From an uncultured Planctomycetaceae bacterium (lineage in GTDB: Bacteria > Planctomycetota > Planctomycetia > Planctomycetales > Planctomycetaceae), in NCBI GenBank assembly GCA_963815195.1, contig CAWFGE010000018.1, positions 32,001 to 96,000 of the forward strand: DNA of 64,000 bases. Direction: 5' to 3'. The notes below the pieces were generated by a model. That model worked only from the letters and a program-made list of their open reading frames with translations. It searched no databases and was not told the origin of the DNA. Numbering within the stretch: the first letter of the stretch is position 1; the number at the start of each line of letters is the position of its first letter. The position numbers were made by a program, and so were the translations under genes. Positions 44,108 through 54,127 of this stretch are shown one piece after another.

Positions 44108-44158
44108 TCTTGGCGAGCGGCCGGCGTCAGCCGGCTGATCACTCCCGAGAGCTTGGGT
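44108..44158. repeat. REP-like element, family C (inverted copy)
   Basis: tcttggcgagcggccggcgtcagccggctgatcactcccgagagcttggg. Confidence 0.8.
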
Positions 44159-44305
44159 TGGGTTACCTTTTCATTTGAGAACTTTGTTTTCGATGGTTGC
44201 TGAGAGATTTGGCGAAATCATGGGGTTGACGCCCCACGCTCGCCTTCACGGAACCCAGGCAACAACGGCGCCACTTCTTCGGGCGGAAACGGACACGAAA
44301 CGGTT

Positions 44306-46186
44306 ATGGTTGATCGGAACTTGATTCGGCAATTTAACGTCCAGGATGATGAACTCGCCGTCATCCTGCAGGAACTGGGAGAAGCGCAGGAAGACATCGA
44401 TTACAAAGTCGGCGACGCCCCCGATGTCAACACCATCGTCGAAGGGCGGATCCTCCGCATCGAAGGCGACGAAGTCCTCGTCGACATCGGCTACAAGAGC
44501 GAAGGCGTGGTGCCGCTCGATGAATGGTCGGAAGACCCCAACCCGCCCGAGCCCGGCCAGGTCTGCGAAGTGCTCCTGGAAGAAGTCGAGGACGACTTCG
44601 GCCTGATCCTGCTCTCCAAGCGGAAAGCCGACCGCATCCGCGAGTGGGAAGAAATCATCAACAAGCACCAGGAGGGGGATGTGGTCACCGGGACCGTGGT
44701 CCGCAAAATCAAGGGCGGGCTCCTGGTCAACATCGGCGTCAACGTGTTTCTCCCCGCCAGCCAGGTGGATATCCGCCGGCCCCGCGACATCGCGGACTAC
44801 ATCGGCAAAGACATCGAATGCGTGATTCTCAAAATCGACGAGTCCCGCCGGAACATCGTCGTCTCCCGCCGCAAGCTCATCGAAGACAAACGCGAGACGC
44901 AAAAACAGAAACTGCTCTCGGAGATCAAAGAAGGCGACGTGCGGAAGGGCGTGGTCAAGAATATCGCCGACTTCGGGGCCTTCGTGGACCTGGGCGGCAT
45001 CGATGGCCTGCTCCACATCACGGACATGAGTTGGGGCCGGATCAACCACCCGTCCGAAAAGGTCAAAATCGACGAATCCGTCGAGGTGAAAATCCTCAAC
45101 ATCGACCGCGAGAAGGAAAAAATCGCCCTGGGGATGAAGCAACTCACCCCCAGCCCCTGGGAGCAGGTCGAAGCCAAGTATCCGGTGGGCACCAAGATCA
45201 AAGGCGAAGTCGTCAACGTCATGTCCTACGGGGCGTTCGTCAAGCTGGAAGACGGCATCGAAGGCCTGGTGCACATCAGCGAGATGTCCTGGGTCAAGCG
45301 GATCAACCATCCCAGCGAACTCGTCAACATCGGCGATGAGGTCGAAGTCGTCGTCCTGGGCATCAACCAGGACAAGCAGGAAATCTCCCTGGGCATGAAG
45401 CAGACCCAGCCCAACCCCTGGGACCACGTGGCCGAGAAATACCCGCCCGGCACCAAAATCCAAGGCACCGTGCGGAACCTCACCAACTACGGGGCCTTCA
45501 TCGAATTGGAAGAAGGGGTGGATGGGCTCCTCCACGTCAGCGACATGTCCCACACCCGCAAAATCTCCCACGCCAACGAAATGCTCAAGCGGGGCGACGT
45601 CGTCACCTGCCAGGTGCTCTCCGTCGATGAGGACCGCAAACGCATCGCGTTGGGCCTCAAGCAACTGACCGACGATCCGTGGGAAACCACGATCCCGGCG
45701 AAATACCAGCCGGGTTCGCTCGTCAAAGGCAAAGTCACCAAGATCACCAACTTCGGCGTGTTCGTCGAGTTGGAAGACGATCTCGAAGGCCTGTTGCACA
45801 TTTCCGAACTGGCCGACCACAAAGTCGAAAACCCGGAAGAAGTGGTGCAGGTCGGGCAGGAACTCGAAGTCCGCATTCTTCGTGTGGACACCGACGACCG
45901 CAAAATCGGCCTGAGCCGGAAACTCGAAGCGGAATTCGAGGCTCCCGAAGAAGAAGCGGAACCCGGCAAAGCCCCCAGCACCCCGAAGGAACTCAAAGGC
46001 GGCACCGGCGGCGAAAGCGGCCCGCTGTTCAGCCTGGGCGGCCCCGCGGAAGCCGCCGCGGAGGAAGAAAGCCCGTCCGAGGAGGAAGCCGCTATGCAGG
46101 AAACTCCCGCCGCCGAGGAAACAGCCGCCGAAGAAACGGCCGAAGTCTCGTCTCCGGAAGAAGCCCAAGAGAAGACGGAAGAATAA
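44306..46186 (+). CDS. rpsA: 30S ribosomal protein S1
   Basis: Six S1 repeats (DIGYKSEG, FLPASQ, FGAFVDLGGIDGLLH, EGLVHISE and others) and an acidic tail. Confidence 0.98.
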   Translation: MVDRNLIRQFNVQDDELAVILQELGEAQEDIDYKVGDAPDVNTIVEGRILRIEGDEVLVDIGYKSEGVVPLDEWSEDPNPPEPGQVCEVLLEEVEDDFGLILLSKRKADRIREWEEIINKHQEGDVVTGTVVRKIKGGLLVNIGVNVFLPASQVDIRRPRDIADYIGKDIECVILKIDESRRNIVVSRRKLIEDKRETQKQKLLSEIKEGDVRKGVVKNIADFGAFVDLGGIDGLLHITDMSWGRINHPSEKVKIDESVEVKILNIDREKEKIALGMKQLTPSPWEQVEAKYPVGTKIKGEVVNVMSYGAFVKLEDGIEGLVHISEMSWVKRINHPSELVNIGDEVEVVVLGINQDKQEISLGMKQTQPNPWDHVAEKYPPGTKIQGTVRNLTNYGAFIELEEGVDGLLHVSDMSHTRKISHANEMLKRGDVVTCQVLSVDEDRKRIALGLKQLTDDPWETTIPAKYQPGSLVKGKVTKITNFGVFVELEDDLEGLLHISELADHKVENPEEVVQVGQELEVRILRVDTDDRKIGLSRKLEAEFEAPEEEAEPGKAPSTPKELKGGTGGESGPLFSLGGPAEAAAEEESPSEEEAAMQETPAAEETAAEETAEVSSPEEAQEKTEE

Positions 46187-46218
46187 TCTCCGGCGAACGG
46201 GCTCGCACAACTTTGAAC

Positions 46219-46262
46219 CACCGGCTGTCCAACGATCGAGTTGGGCAGCCGGTGTTTTTTTT
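46219..46262 (+). terminator. Rho-independent terminator after rpsA
   Basis: caccggctgtccaac-gatcga-gttgggcagccggtg followed by 8 T. Confidence 0.85.
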
Positions 46263-46535
46263 GGACGGTTTTCAATCGGCCGTCACCCGTCTCCGGCCGG
46301 ACGTGGTGGGCATGAACAATTACGGTCTTGCGAATTTACAGGGGGAATTTGCCGGCGTCGATGCCCCGCTCGATGCCTTCGCCGGTTCGGTTCAGCACGG
46401 TCAGGTAACAGGAAATCGGCTCGCCACGAATCAACACGGTTCCGGATTCCAAAACCAGTTGGAGCGGCGCGAATCGAGGTTGGTTCTCCACAACGAGGTT
46501 CTTTAACGCTTTGTTTTCTGGTTGGAGCATTAAGT

Positions 46536-46972
46536 TCATCTTTCACAGGCCCGACTTGGCAGCGAACCCCTCGTTGAGTGCGAACGAGCGAATTCGGAAA
46601 GCAAGAAACAGAAGTCCATACGCGGTGCGACATCCATATCGGGACATTCCCTATTATATACCTCCCGCATTCCCCGTATGCAAATCGTCAGGCCACGGGA
46701 TCGACGCGAATTCTCAAATAATTCATCCATCCGGGCGACGGCGATGTTGGCTGACGCGGTGTCGAAATCGACGTCAAGCAGCCGGGCTTCCGGAAACTGC
46801 CGCATGCGCGACCGAAAGTCGTCCGTCCGTTCCCGGATGAACAACCCCGTCACCGGCAGCCTGAGCGGATGAGCCTCGTCGAAGTGGTCGTCCTTCGGCG
46901 GTTCCTCGGCGACCGCCGGTGCGACGGGGCGGACGGCGGGGGAAGCGAAGTCTGGAACCGCGCGGGTGATTC
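46536..46972 (-). other. Possible degraded or frameshifted small protein gene (HMA-like fold?)
   Basis: The segment VTGLFIRERTDDFRSRMRQFPEARLLDVDFDTASANIAV is protein-like, but its boundaries are unclear. Confidence 0.3.
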
Positions 46973-47143
46973 AACATTTTCGCGGGATCGGCCCCTGAGA
47001 ATTGCCGAGCTTCCGGCGAAAGTTACGCTGAAAGCCTGCGGGCTGGGGGATTTTCCGAGAGACGACGATTGATTGCGCATTGCCCAGCGGATAACGTGGG
47101 GGTTGATCCGGCAAGCCATCACCCGCCGCTTTTAGAGACCGTC

Positions 47144-48742
47144 ATGGCCCTACGTTCGACCGGCAAACCTGTTGACAGCTCGTTTTCCATGACGGGCGTG
47201 CTGGCGATGTTGTGCGGCGGCGGGGTGCTGTTTTTTTATTGGAAGTTCGCCCGGCCCAGCGGCGAACTGACGCGGGCGGCGCGAATCATCCTGCCGCTCA
47301 CCTCCGTGATCTTGCTGTTTTGGGGCGCGGAGCAAATCTTTGGGGATCTGATTCCCGGTTTGCGGTTCCGCCGTCGGCCTCCGAAGTCCGAAGAAAAACC
47401 GCCCCTCGAGATTTCCTGGATGGGCATTCTGTTGATGTTCATGGGGCTGCAACTGTTTTTCCTCGTGGGAAATTTCAGCGGCCGGACCGTGCGGTTGTTT
47501 CTGGTGATGCTCGGCGTCCTGGTGGAGTTCTGGGGCATTCGCGAAGTCGCCTTGAAAATGATGATCGCCTCCCCCATCGAGCGCGTGCAGCGGCGGGTCG
47601 CGCTGCCGCCTTCGGGACTCGCCTATCTGGTCATCATGATCGTGCTGTTCGTCGGTTCGCAGGTCGGCCAGTCGAACATGCTGATGCTGGTGTTCTCTTT
47701 GATGGCGGGGCCGTTCGTCATCAACGGCTCGGTCATCGTCATTATGCTGCAGAAGCTCCGCGTCCAGCGGGTGATGCCGGAGTCCGCGTTCGCGGGCGAG
47801 TTGATCGCGGTCGAGTTGGTGCTCAAGAACGAGAAGTCGGTGTTTTCGTCTTCGCTGATGGCGGTGACCGACACGATCGCCAACGACCGCGAGCGGCTGC
47901 AGTCGGGCGTGTTGATCGCCCGCGTCCCGCCCAAAGATGAACGCAGCGCGCGGTATCAAATCACGCTGATGCAGCGGGGGCGGTATCGCTTCGGCCCGGT
48001 GTATGTCGGTTCGCGGTTCCCTTTGGGCATCGTCGAACGGGGACTGGTGTTCGATCTGCCCGGCGAGATTCTGATCGCGCCCCGCTTGGGCCGGCTCACG
48101 CCTCGCTGGCAGCGAGAGCATGGTCTCGCCGATGAATTGGTGCACCGCCCCGACACGCGGGCCGGCATCTTCGAGGACGAGTTCCACCGGATCCGCGAAT
48201 ACCGGCCTGGCGACAATCCGCGGATGATCCACTGGCGATCCTCGGCCCGGCAGAACGAATTGATGGTCCGCGAGTTTCATCAAAGCCGGAACCAAAGCCT
48301 GATCGTGCTTTTGGATCTCTGGCTCTCCGACGATCCGACACCCTCCGAGGAAGACCGCGTAGAACTCGCGGTGAGCTTCGCCGCCACCATTTGCCACGCC
48401 CAGATGCGGCAAAGCCGGGACGCGAATTTGTTCGTGGCCTCGGCGGGGGACCGGGTCTTGGAATGGTCGGGCAAAACGGGAGCCGCGAGCCAGGAGTCCT
48501 TGATGAAGTTTTTCGCCCGCCTCGAAGCCGGCCCGTCGCCTCGCGTGGATCGGATTGTGGATTCGGCGCTCAACGAGCGAGGCGTGGGCACGCGGACGGT
48601 GGTGATTTCCACGCGGAAGCGCGTCAAAGGCCGCCTGCCGGTGCTGGAGCAACTCAAAACCGCCGCCGAGTTGGGCAAGGACGTGACGGTCTTCACCACG
48701 GATGCTGAAGAACTGGAGCCGTACTTTTATCTGCCGCAATAA
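47144..48742 (+). CDS. DUF58 domain membrane protein
   Basis: RGRYRFG..SRFPLG, FHRIREYRPGD..IHWRSSAR..LMVREF, LIVLLD; extended N-terminal TM region. Confidence 0.92.
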   Translation: MALRSTGKPVDSSFSMTGVLAMLCGGGVLFFYWKFARPSGELTRAARIILPLTSVILLFWGAEQIFGDLIPGLRFRRRPPKSEEKPPLEISWMGILLMFMGLQLFFLVGNFSGRTVRLFLVMLGVLVEFWGIREVALKMMIASPIERVQRRVALPPSGLAYLVIMIVLFVGSQVGQSNMLMLVFSLMAGPFVINGSVIVIMLQKLRVQRVMPESAFAGELIAVELVLKNEKSVFSSSLMAVTDTIANDRERLQSGVLIARVPPKDERSARYQITLMQRGRYRFGPVYVGSRFPLGIVERGLVFDLPGEILIAPRLGRLTPRWQREHGLADELVHRPDTRAGIFEDEFHRIREYRPGDNPRMIHWRSSARQNELMVREFHQSRNQSLIVLLDLWLSDDPTPSEEDRVELAVSFAATICHAQMRQSRDANLFVASAGDRVLEWSGKTGAASQESLMKFFARLEAGPSPRVDRIVDSALNERGVGTRTVVISTRKRVKGRLPVLEQLKTAAELGKDVTVFTTDAEELEPYFYLPQ

Positions 48743-48760
48743 CGAGCGGGAGGTTTTTCG

Positions 48761-51700
48761 ATGCGATTTTCGTTGGCGATTTCTTTTGCAATGCTGCTCG
48801 GCGGTGCGGGGCCGGCGATTCCGGCCGACGATGCCGCGGGCGTTTTTTTTGAGAAGTCCGTGCGGCCGGTGTTGGTTCGGCGATGCTTGAAATGTCACGG
48901 GGAAAAAGCGTCGGGCGGTCTGCGGCTGGATTCGCGAGCCGGTCTCGTGAAGGGCGGCGAGTCGGGGCCGGCGATTGTTCCAAAGAACGCCGGCGAGAGT
49001 TTGCTGTTTCAAGCGGTGAAGCGCGAGGGCGGATACGAAATGCCGCCCGACGAAAAACTCTCCGCGGCCGAAGTCGGCGTGTTCGAGCGCTGGATTGAGC
49101 TCGGCGCGCCCTGGCCGGACGCGAAGATTCTCAAACCCGAACAACAGGCGGACAAAGCGAAAACCCACTGGGCGTTTCAGCCGGTCGGAAAACCTGCGGT
49201 CCCGAACGTCAACGAGGCCTGGGTGCGAACGCCGATCGATGCATTCGTTCTGAAGACGCTCAAGGAGCAGGGCCTAAAACCTTCGCCCGCAGCGGACCGG
49301 CGGACGTTGATCCGCCGGGCGACCTACACGCTGACCGGATTGCCGCCGACGCCTGAGGAAGTCGAGGCGTTTGTCCGCGATCCGGATCCGCTCGCTTACG
49401 AGAAGTTGGTGGATCGTCTGTTGGAATCGCCGCACTACGGGGAGCACGGGGCCAGGCAATGGCTGGACCTGGCCCGCTATTCGGACACCAAGGGCTACGT
49501 TTACGCCCGCGAGGAACGGTTTTGGGTCCATGCCTGGGCGTACCGCGATTGGGTCGTCAGGGCCCTCAATGAGGATCTGGCGTACGACCGGTTTTTGCTG
49601 TTGCAGCTCGCGGCCGATCAAGTCCAGGACAAAAAACCGGGCGACCTGGCGGCGATGGGGTTTTTGACCTTGGGCCGGCGGTTCTTGGGCGTGACGCACG
49701 ACATCATCGACGACCGCATCGACGTCGTTTGCCGGGGCACGATGGCGCTCACCGTCGGTTGTGCCCGCTGTCACGATCACAAATACGACCCGATCCCCAC
49801 GGGCGATTACTATTCGCTCTACGGGGTCTTTGACAGTTGTGCCGAGCGGATGGTCCCGTTGTCTCCAGGGCCGACGGGCGATGGAAACTATCAAAAGGAA
49901 CTCGCGGCCAGAAAGCAAAACCTCGCCGACAAACTCGCGGCCGCCCGCTTGGAATCGGCGAACCGCGTGCGCGAGCGGATTGCGGATTATCTCCACGCTC
50001 AAACGGAACTGGAGAAATATCCCTCGCAGGGCTTCGATCAGATTTTTGAAAAGTCGGACATCCTGCCCGCGTTCGTCAGACGCTGGGCGGCCCATCTGCG
50101 CGACGCCGACCGGCGGAAGAATCCCGTCTTCCGGCACTGGCACGCGTACAAGGCGATCCCGCGCGAAGAGTTCTCCGAACAGGCGGCAAAAATCACCCAG
50201 CAACTTGCCGAGCAGAAACCGGACAAAGTCAATCGTCTCGTCGCGGAGGCTTTTCAAGAACCGCCTGCCACGTTTGACGAGGTCATCGGCCGCTATGCGA
50301 AACTGTTTGCTCAAGTCGACGGCGAGTGGAAGAGCCTCCTCGCCAAAGCGAATGAGAACGGCGGCGACCCGCCCGCGTATTTGCCGGACGCCGACGCGGA
50401 AAGCCTGCGGCGGGTGTTGTACGGGCCGGGGGCTCCGTGCGAAGTGCCCGACGAGCCGATCGTGCATACGGAAATGGACTTCGACTCCGGGACCTGCACC
50501 GCGCTTTGGAAACTGCAAGGCGAAGTGGACCGCTGGATCATCCGTTCGAAATACGATGTGCCTTATGCATTGACCTTGGTGGATCGGCCCGCGCCCCGGG
50601 AACCGCGAATCTTCAAGCGAGGCGATCCCGCGAACAAAGGCGAAGAAGTGCCCCGGCATTTCCTGTCGCTGTTTTCCGCATCGAACCCCGAGCCGTTCCA
50701 GCGGGGCAGCGGGCGGCTCGAACTTGCGAAAGCGATCATCGATCCCGCCAATCCGCTGACCGCGCGGGTGATCGTCAACCGCGTGTGGGCCTGGCATTTC
50801 GGCGAAGGGCTGGTGACGACAACCAGCGACTTCGGACTGCGGGCCGATCCGCCTTCGCATCCGGAACTTTTGGATTGGCTCACGCGGGACTTCCTCGAAA
50901 ACGGCTGGAGCCTCAAGTCGCTGCACCGCAGGATTTTGCTCTCGGCCGCATATCGGCAGTCGTCGCGGGGGCCGGGCGACGCTGCTTTGAAAGCCAAGGC
51001 CAAGCGGCTCGACCCGGCCAACCGGCTGCTCTGGCGGATGAATTCGCACCGCTTGACGTTCGAGGAATTCCGCGATTCGCTGCTCGCGGTCACTGGCCAA
51101 CTGAACCCCGAAGTCGGCGGCAAGCCCGTCGACTTGTTGAAACCCCCGTTTTCCGATCGGCGGACGCTGTATGGCCTGGTGGATCGGCAATTTTTTCCCA
51201 GCACGTTTCGCGTCTTCGACGTGGCCAATCCCGATTTGCACATCGCCGAGCGCAGCGAAACCACCGTGCCGCAACAGTCGCTGTTCTTTTTGAACCATCC
51301 GCTCGTCCTGGCCCGTGCGCGGGAACTGGCGAAACGCATTTCACCGAGCGAACCGCAAGCGGACGTTCGGTCACTGTTCCAAAGCGTGCTCGAACGCGAA
51401 CCAACGGAACAGGAACTCGCGGAGGCCGTCGCGTTTCTCGAAATCACGGAGCCCGCTCCGCATGCCGCCGGCCCGCCGGTCGCGGCGAAGGATTGGCAGT
51501 ACGGGTTTGGTTTTTATGACGAGGAGAAGCAGCGGGTTGCGGGGTTCCAGAATTTGCCGCACTTCACAGGCTCGGCATGGCAAGGCGGGGCAAGTTGGCC
51601 GGATGCGAAACTGGGTTGGGTGCAGCTCACCGCGGCGGGCGGGCATCCGGGGAACGATCGCCAACATGCCGCGGTCCGGCGGTGGACCGCGCCGGGCGAC

Positions 51701-52072
51701 ATGACGATCCAAATCCGCTCCAAGCTCGTCCACGAACCGGAAGCGGGCGACGGCGTCCGGGCGTTCGTGGTGAGTTCGTCTTCGGGGTTGTTGAAGTCGC
51801 TGGCGATCCATCAATCGTCGATCGACTTGAACGTGGACTCCCTTAGGGTGAAAGCGGGCGAGACGATTGACTTCGTCGTCGATATCGGCAAGGTCCTAAA
51901 CAGCGACCAATACCTGTGGACCGCCGAGGTTCAGGAACTCGCAGCGGCCGGCTCGTTGAAGGCGTGGAATTCGAAAACCGACTTCCCGCAGCACCGGCCG
52001 CAAAAGCTTACGCCCTGGGAACAACTCGCCCAGGTCCTGTTGTGCTCGAACGAGTTTTTGTTCGTGGATTGA
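48761..52072 (+). CDS. Planctomycete cytochrome c / DUF1549 / DUF1553 (PSD1) protein
   Basis: CLKCH, HWAFQP, PIDAF, WLDLARYSD, CARCHDHKYDP, NPLTARVIVNRVW, PSHPELLDWL, LLCSNEFLFVD. Confidence 0.95.
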   Translation: MRFSLAISFAMLLGGAGPAIPADDAAGVFFEKSVRPVLVRRCLKCHGEKASGGLRLDSRAGLVKGGESGPAIVPKNAGESLLFQAVKREGGYEMPPDEKLSAAEVGVFERWIELGAPWPDAKILKPEQQADKAKTHWAFQPVGKPAVPNVNEAWVRTPIDAFVLKTLKEQGLKPSPAADRRTLIRRATYTLTGLPPTPEEVEAFVRDPDPLAYEKLVDRLLESPHYGEHGARQWLDLARYSDTKGYVYAREERFWVHAWAYRDWVVRALNEDLAYDRFLLLQLAADQVQDKKPGDLAAMGFLTLGRRFLGVTHDIIDDRIDVVCRGTMALTVGCARCHDHKYDPIPTGDYYSLYGVFDSCAERMVPLSPGPTGDGNYQKELAARKQNLADKLAAARLESANRVRERIADYLHAQTELEKYPSQGFDQIFEKSDILPAFVRRWAAHLRDADRRKNPVFRHWHAYKAIPREEFSEQAAKITQQLAEQKPDKVNRLVAEAFQEPPATFDEVIGRYAKLFAQVDGEWKSLLAKANENGGDPPAYLPDADAESLRRVLYGPGAPCEVPDEPIVHTEMDFDSGTCTALWKLQGEVDRWIIRSKYDVPYALTLVDRPAPREPRIFKRGDPANKGEEVPRHFLSLFSASNPEPFQRGSGRLELAKAIIDPANPLTARVIVNRVWAWHFGEGLVTTTSDFGLRADPPSHPELLDWLTRDFLENGWSLKSLHRRILLSAAYRQSSRGPGDAALKAKAKRLDPANRLLWRMNSHRLTFEEFRDSLLAVTGQLNPEVGGKPVDLLKPPFSDRRTLYGLVDRQFFPSTFRVFDVANPDLHIAERSETTVPQQSLFFLNHPLVLARARELAKRISPSEPQADVRSLFQSVLEREPTEQELAEAVAFLEITEPAPHAAGPPVAAKDWQYGFGFYDEEKQRVAGFQNLPHFTGSAWQGGASWPDAKLGWVQLTAAGGHPGNDRQHAAVRRWTAPGDMTIQIRSKLVHEPEAGDGVRAFVVSSSSGLLKSLAIHQSSIDLNVDSLRVKAGETIDFVVDIGKVLNSDQYLWTAEVQELAAAGSLKAWNSKTDFPQHRPQKLTPWEQLAQVLLCSNEFLFVD

Positions 52073-52084
52073 CCGCGGCGGCGA

Positions 52085-52507
52085 CTATTCGAACGTCGAG
52101 AACCACACGGGGACCGTGTGCTCGTACCACCAGGAGTGGTCCGTGCGGTTGTCGGGACGCAGGGCGGATCGCCCTGCCCATTTCCGCATTTGAATCCGCC
52201 GCGTGCGCTGCTGGGCTTCAAACACCGCCCGCTGGTGGATGTACCGCTGAGCCGGCGTGCGAACATTTCGCACGTTGGTGTTTTGGGATCGGTTTTTCAC
52301 ATTCGCCGGGATGAAGGTCGTGCGGGAAGTCTTCGGCGCCTGGGTTTGGATGATCGGCGGCTCGGTCTGGCGTTGCGGGGCCTCCAGAATGATCGTGCCC
52401 GAATTGTTCGCGGGAAGTTCGCCCGGGCGAAAGCCGTCCTGAGCCACCACGGTCCCGTTGGCCCCAATCAGCAATCCCAGGCCCAAACCACTCATCCACT
52501 TCCTCAT
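52085..52507 (-). CDS. Secreted hypothetical protein
   Basis: Signal-peptide-like N-terminus and a RAVFEAQQRTRRI..RKWAG.S..RP motif. Confidence 0.65.
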   Translation of the reverse strand: MRKWMSGLGLGLLIGANGTVVAQDGFRPGELPANNSGTIILEAPQRQTEPPIIQTQAPKTSRTTFIPANVKNRSQNTNVRNVRTPAQRYIHQRAVFEAQQRTRRIQMRKWAGRSALRPDNRTDHSWWYEHTVPVWFSTFE

Positions 52508-53040
52508 TGCATCATCTCCTAAGGGGCCGAGTGTCGCCAATCTGAACATCGAAACGAACAACCGAGTGCGGTCAAACCGCGACCAGCGACCGATGGTTCG
52601 CCGGTTTTTCTCCTATCGGCTCAAGCGGCCTTGCGGTTTGAGCGGAATCTGCCGATTGCAGCGATTTTGTGGAGTTACGCCCACTTATCACAGGATCATG
52701 GTTTACCGCATCATGATTTTGTGAACCATGATTTTGTTCAATTCGCCACACCGACGACTGGCGATGACACCTGGGAATTTCTTTAGAGAATTTTGGGGGA
52801 TTTGCCTAAATTCCGGGAACTCTATTTGCGGAACACGCATCTTAACTTTCACACACCTCGTCAACTACGCACACAACCCGCCGACATTTGCTCGAGGTGT
52901 GATCGCCTTCGCGATCGGCGGGAACTCTGATTCTCAACAACTCATACCTTGGTTGGGCCGCGTTTTTGCGGGGCATCAACGGGGATGAGCCAAGTTCGTC
53001 GCGGGCTAGATTGGCCGACTTCGGCCCTCAAGGAGAAGCG

Positions 53041-53442
53041 ATGAATTTGCACACGGTTCAATGGGACGAGGAAAGTGCGCTCTGGCGGACTCGCGTGATC
53101 CGCGATGTCGATCCCCGCGAGCCCCTCGTCAAACAAAATCGCCAGGGAGAGCCCTGGCTGGCGTGGAATACGCCGGGACGTGAAGACGGCCTGGTGGAGT
53201 TCGTGGAGCTGGAAAGCGTGGCGGCGTGGATTCCGCCCGAGGGAGAAATCCTCTTGTTCTACCGCCCGGCTTTGGAGTATTGGCAAACGGTGAATCTTCA
53301 AGCCGCCTGCCACGTCGAATGGCTCGAGCGTGAATGGCCGACCTTCGGCGAAGTGGCCCTCGAACAACTGAACACGATCGCCCAAGCCATCCAACAAGAA
53401 TCCCGCCCCGGCCGGTCGATGACGCTGGAGACCTGGGAGTAA
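53041..53442 (+). CDS. Hypothetical protein
   Basis: AAGGAG RBS before the ATG at 53041; 133-aa ORF. Confidence 0.65.
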   Translation: MNLHTVQWDEESALWRTRVIRDVDPREPLVKQNRQGEPWLAWNTPGREDGLVEFVELESVAAWIPPEGEILLFYRPALEYWQTVNLQAACHVEWLEREWPTFGEVALEQLNTIAQAIQQESRPGRSMTLETWE

Positions 53443-53582
53443 GGCGATCGCGTTTCCAACAAAAGATGTTGTCAAAATCAGCCGCAGGGCGCTAGGCTGG
53501 GCTGTTAAGAAATTGGTATTGAAGTCTAAAAACGCGGGTTCTGGCTTGCGCCACCTTTGTTCTCGTTTTTTTGGAAAGCATT

Positions 53583-53780
53583 AGGGCCGAAGGCCCGGCT
53601 CTCTGTCAGCCCAGGGCCAGCGCAGCGCCGCCCTGGGTTACGGATGTAATGAAACGCAAGCCCCAAGGGGGCGGCCCACGTGGCTCTCGCCACGGAACAA
53701 GGCATTGCGGATTTCCGAATTCGGGCCGCCCCGTTGGGGCTTCGGCATTTTGTTCGTTCCCGTTCCCAGGGCTGCGCCCT
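53583..53780. repeat. REP family D (AGGGCCGAAGGCCCGG..CCCAGGG..CCCTGGG), left part; continues at 55440-55470
   Basis: Arm agggccgaaggcccggctctctgtcagcccag is mirrored by ctgggctgacagagggccggaccttcggtcct after the IS110. Inner agccccaa..ggggcggccc / gggccgccccgttggggct stem. Confidence 0.85.
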
Positions 53781-53794
53781 TATAGGATTTGCTG

Positions 53795-54097
53795 AGGGAT
53801 GGATCGGCCGCGGGAGAGGGCGGGGGGACGCAAGTCTCTCCCCACGGACTCTTCCGCGCCGGAGCCGATCCAGCGCCGTTTTTTTCCTGTTTTTCCAGCC
53901 CCAACTTTGAGAGGATCAAAATCAGGCACGCGTCGCCCCGCTACGAATCGTGCGCCCCATCGCTTCAACGATTGAGCCCAGACTTTCGAGCGGGACGATG
54001 CTCTTGGGAACCAACGAATCACTCCAGATGATGACGCCAAAACGTCTCGGACTATAAGGTTTTCGCCCGCTCCCAAGATCGCGTGCCCTTTTTGATT
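53795..54097 (+). ncRNA. Predicted IS110 bridge RNA (5' hairpin + target-binding loop + donor-binding loop)
   Basis: Guides TGCGCCC (53951-57) and AGCCCAG (53975-81) match the target TGCGCC-CT-GGGCT. Guides CAGATG (54025-30) and CTATAAG (54052-58) match the donor CAGATGT-CT-TATAG. Each pair lies in an internal loop closed by stems. Confidence 0.85.
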
Positions 54098-54127
54098 GTG
54101 TTTCACTTTAACAGGAGACGATCCCCC

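Noticed and set aside
52877..52922. Hairpin cccgccga...tcggcggg upstream of the 53041 gene as a riboswitch
   Set aside because: No recognisable aptamer consensus; a single GC-rich stem is expected by chance.
53820..53845. GGGACGCAAG as part of a c-di-GMP-I riboswitch
   Set aside because: Only a GNRA-capped hairpin; the rest of the two-stem consensus is missing, and it lies inside the IS end.
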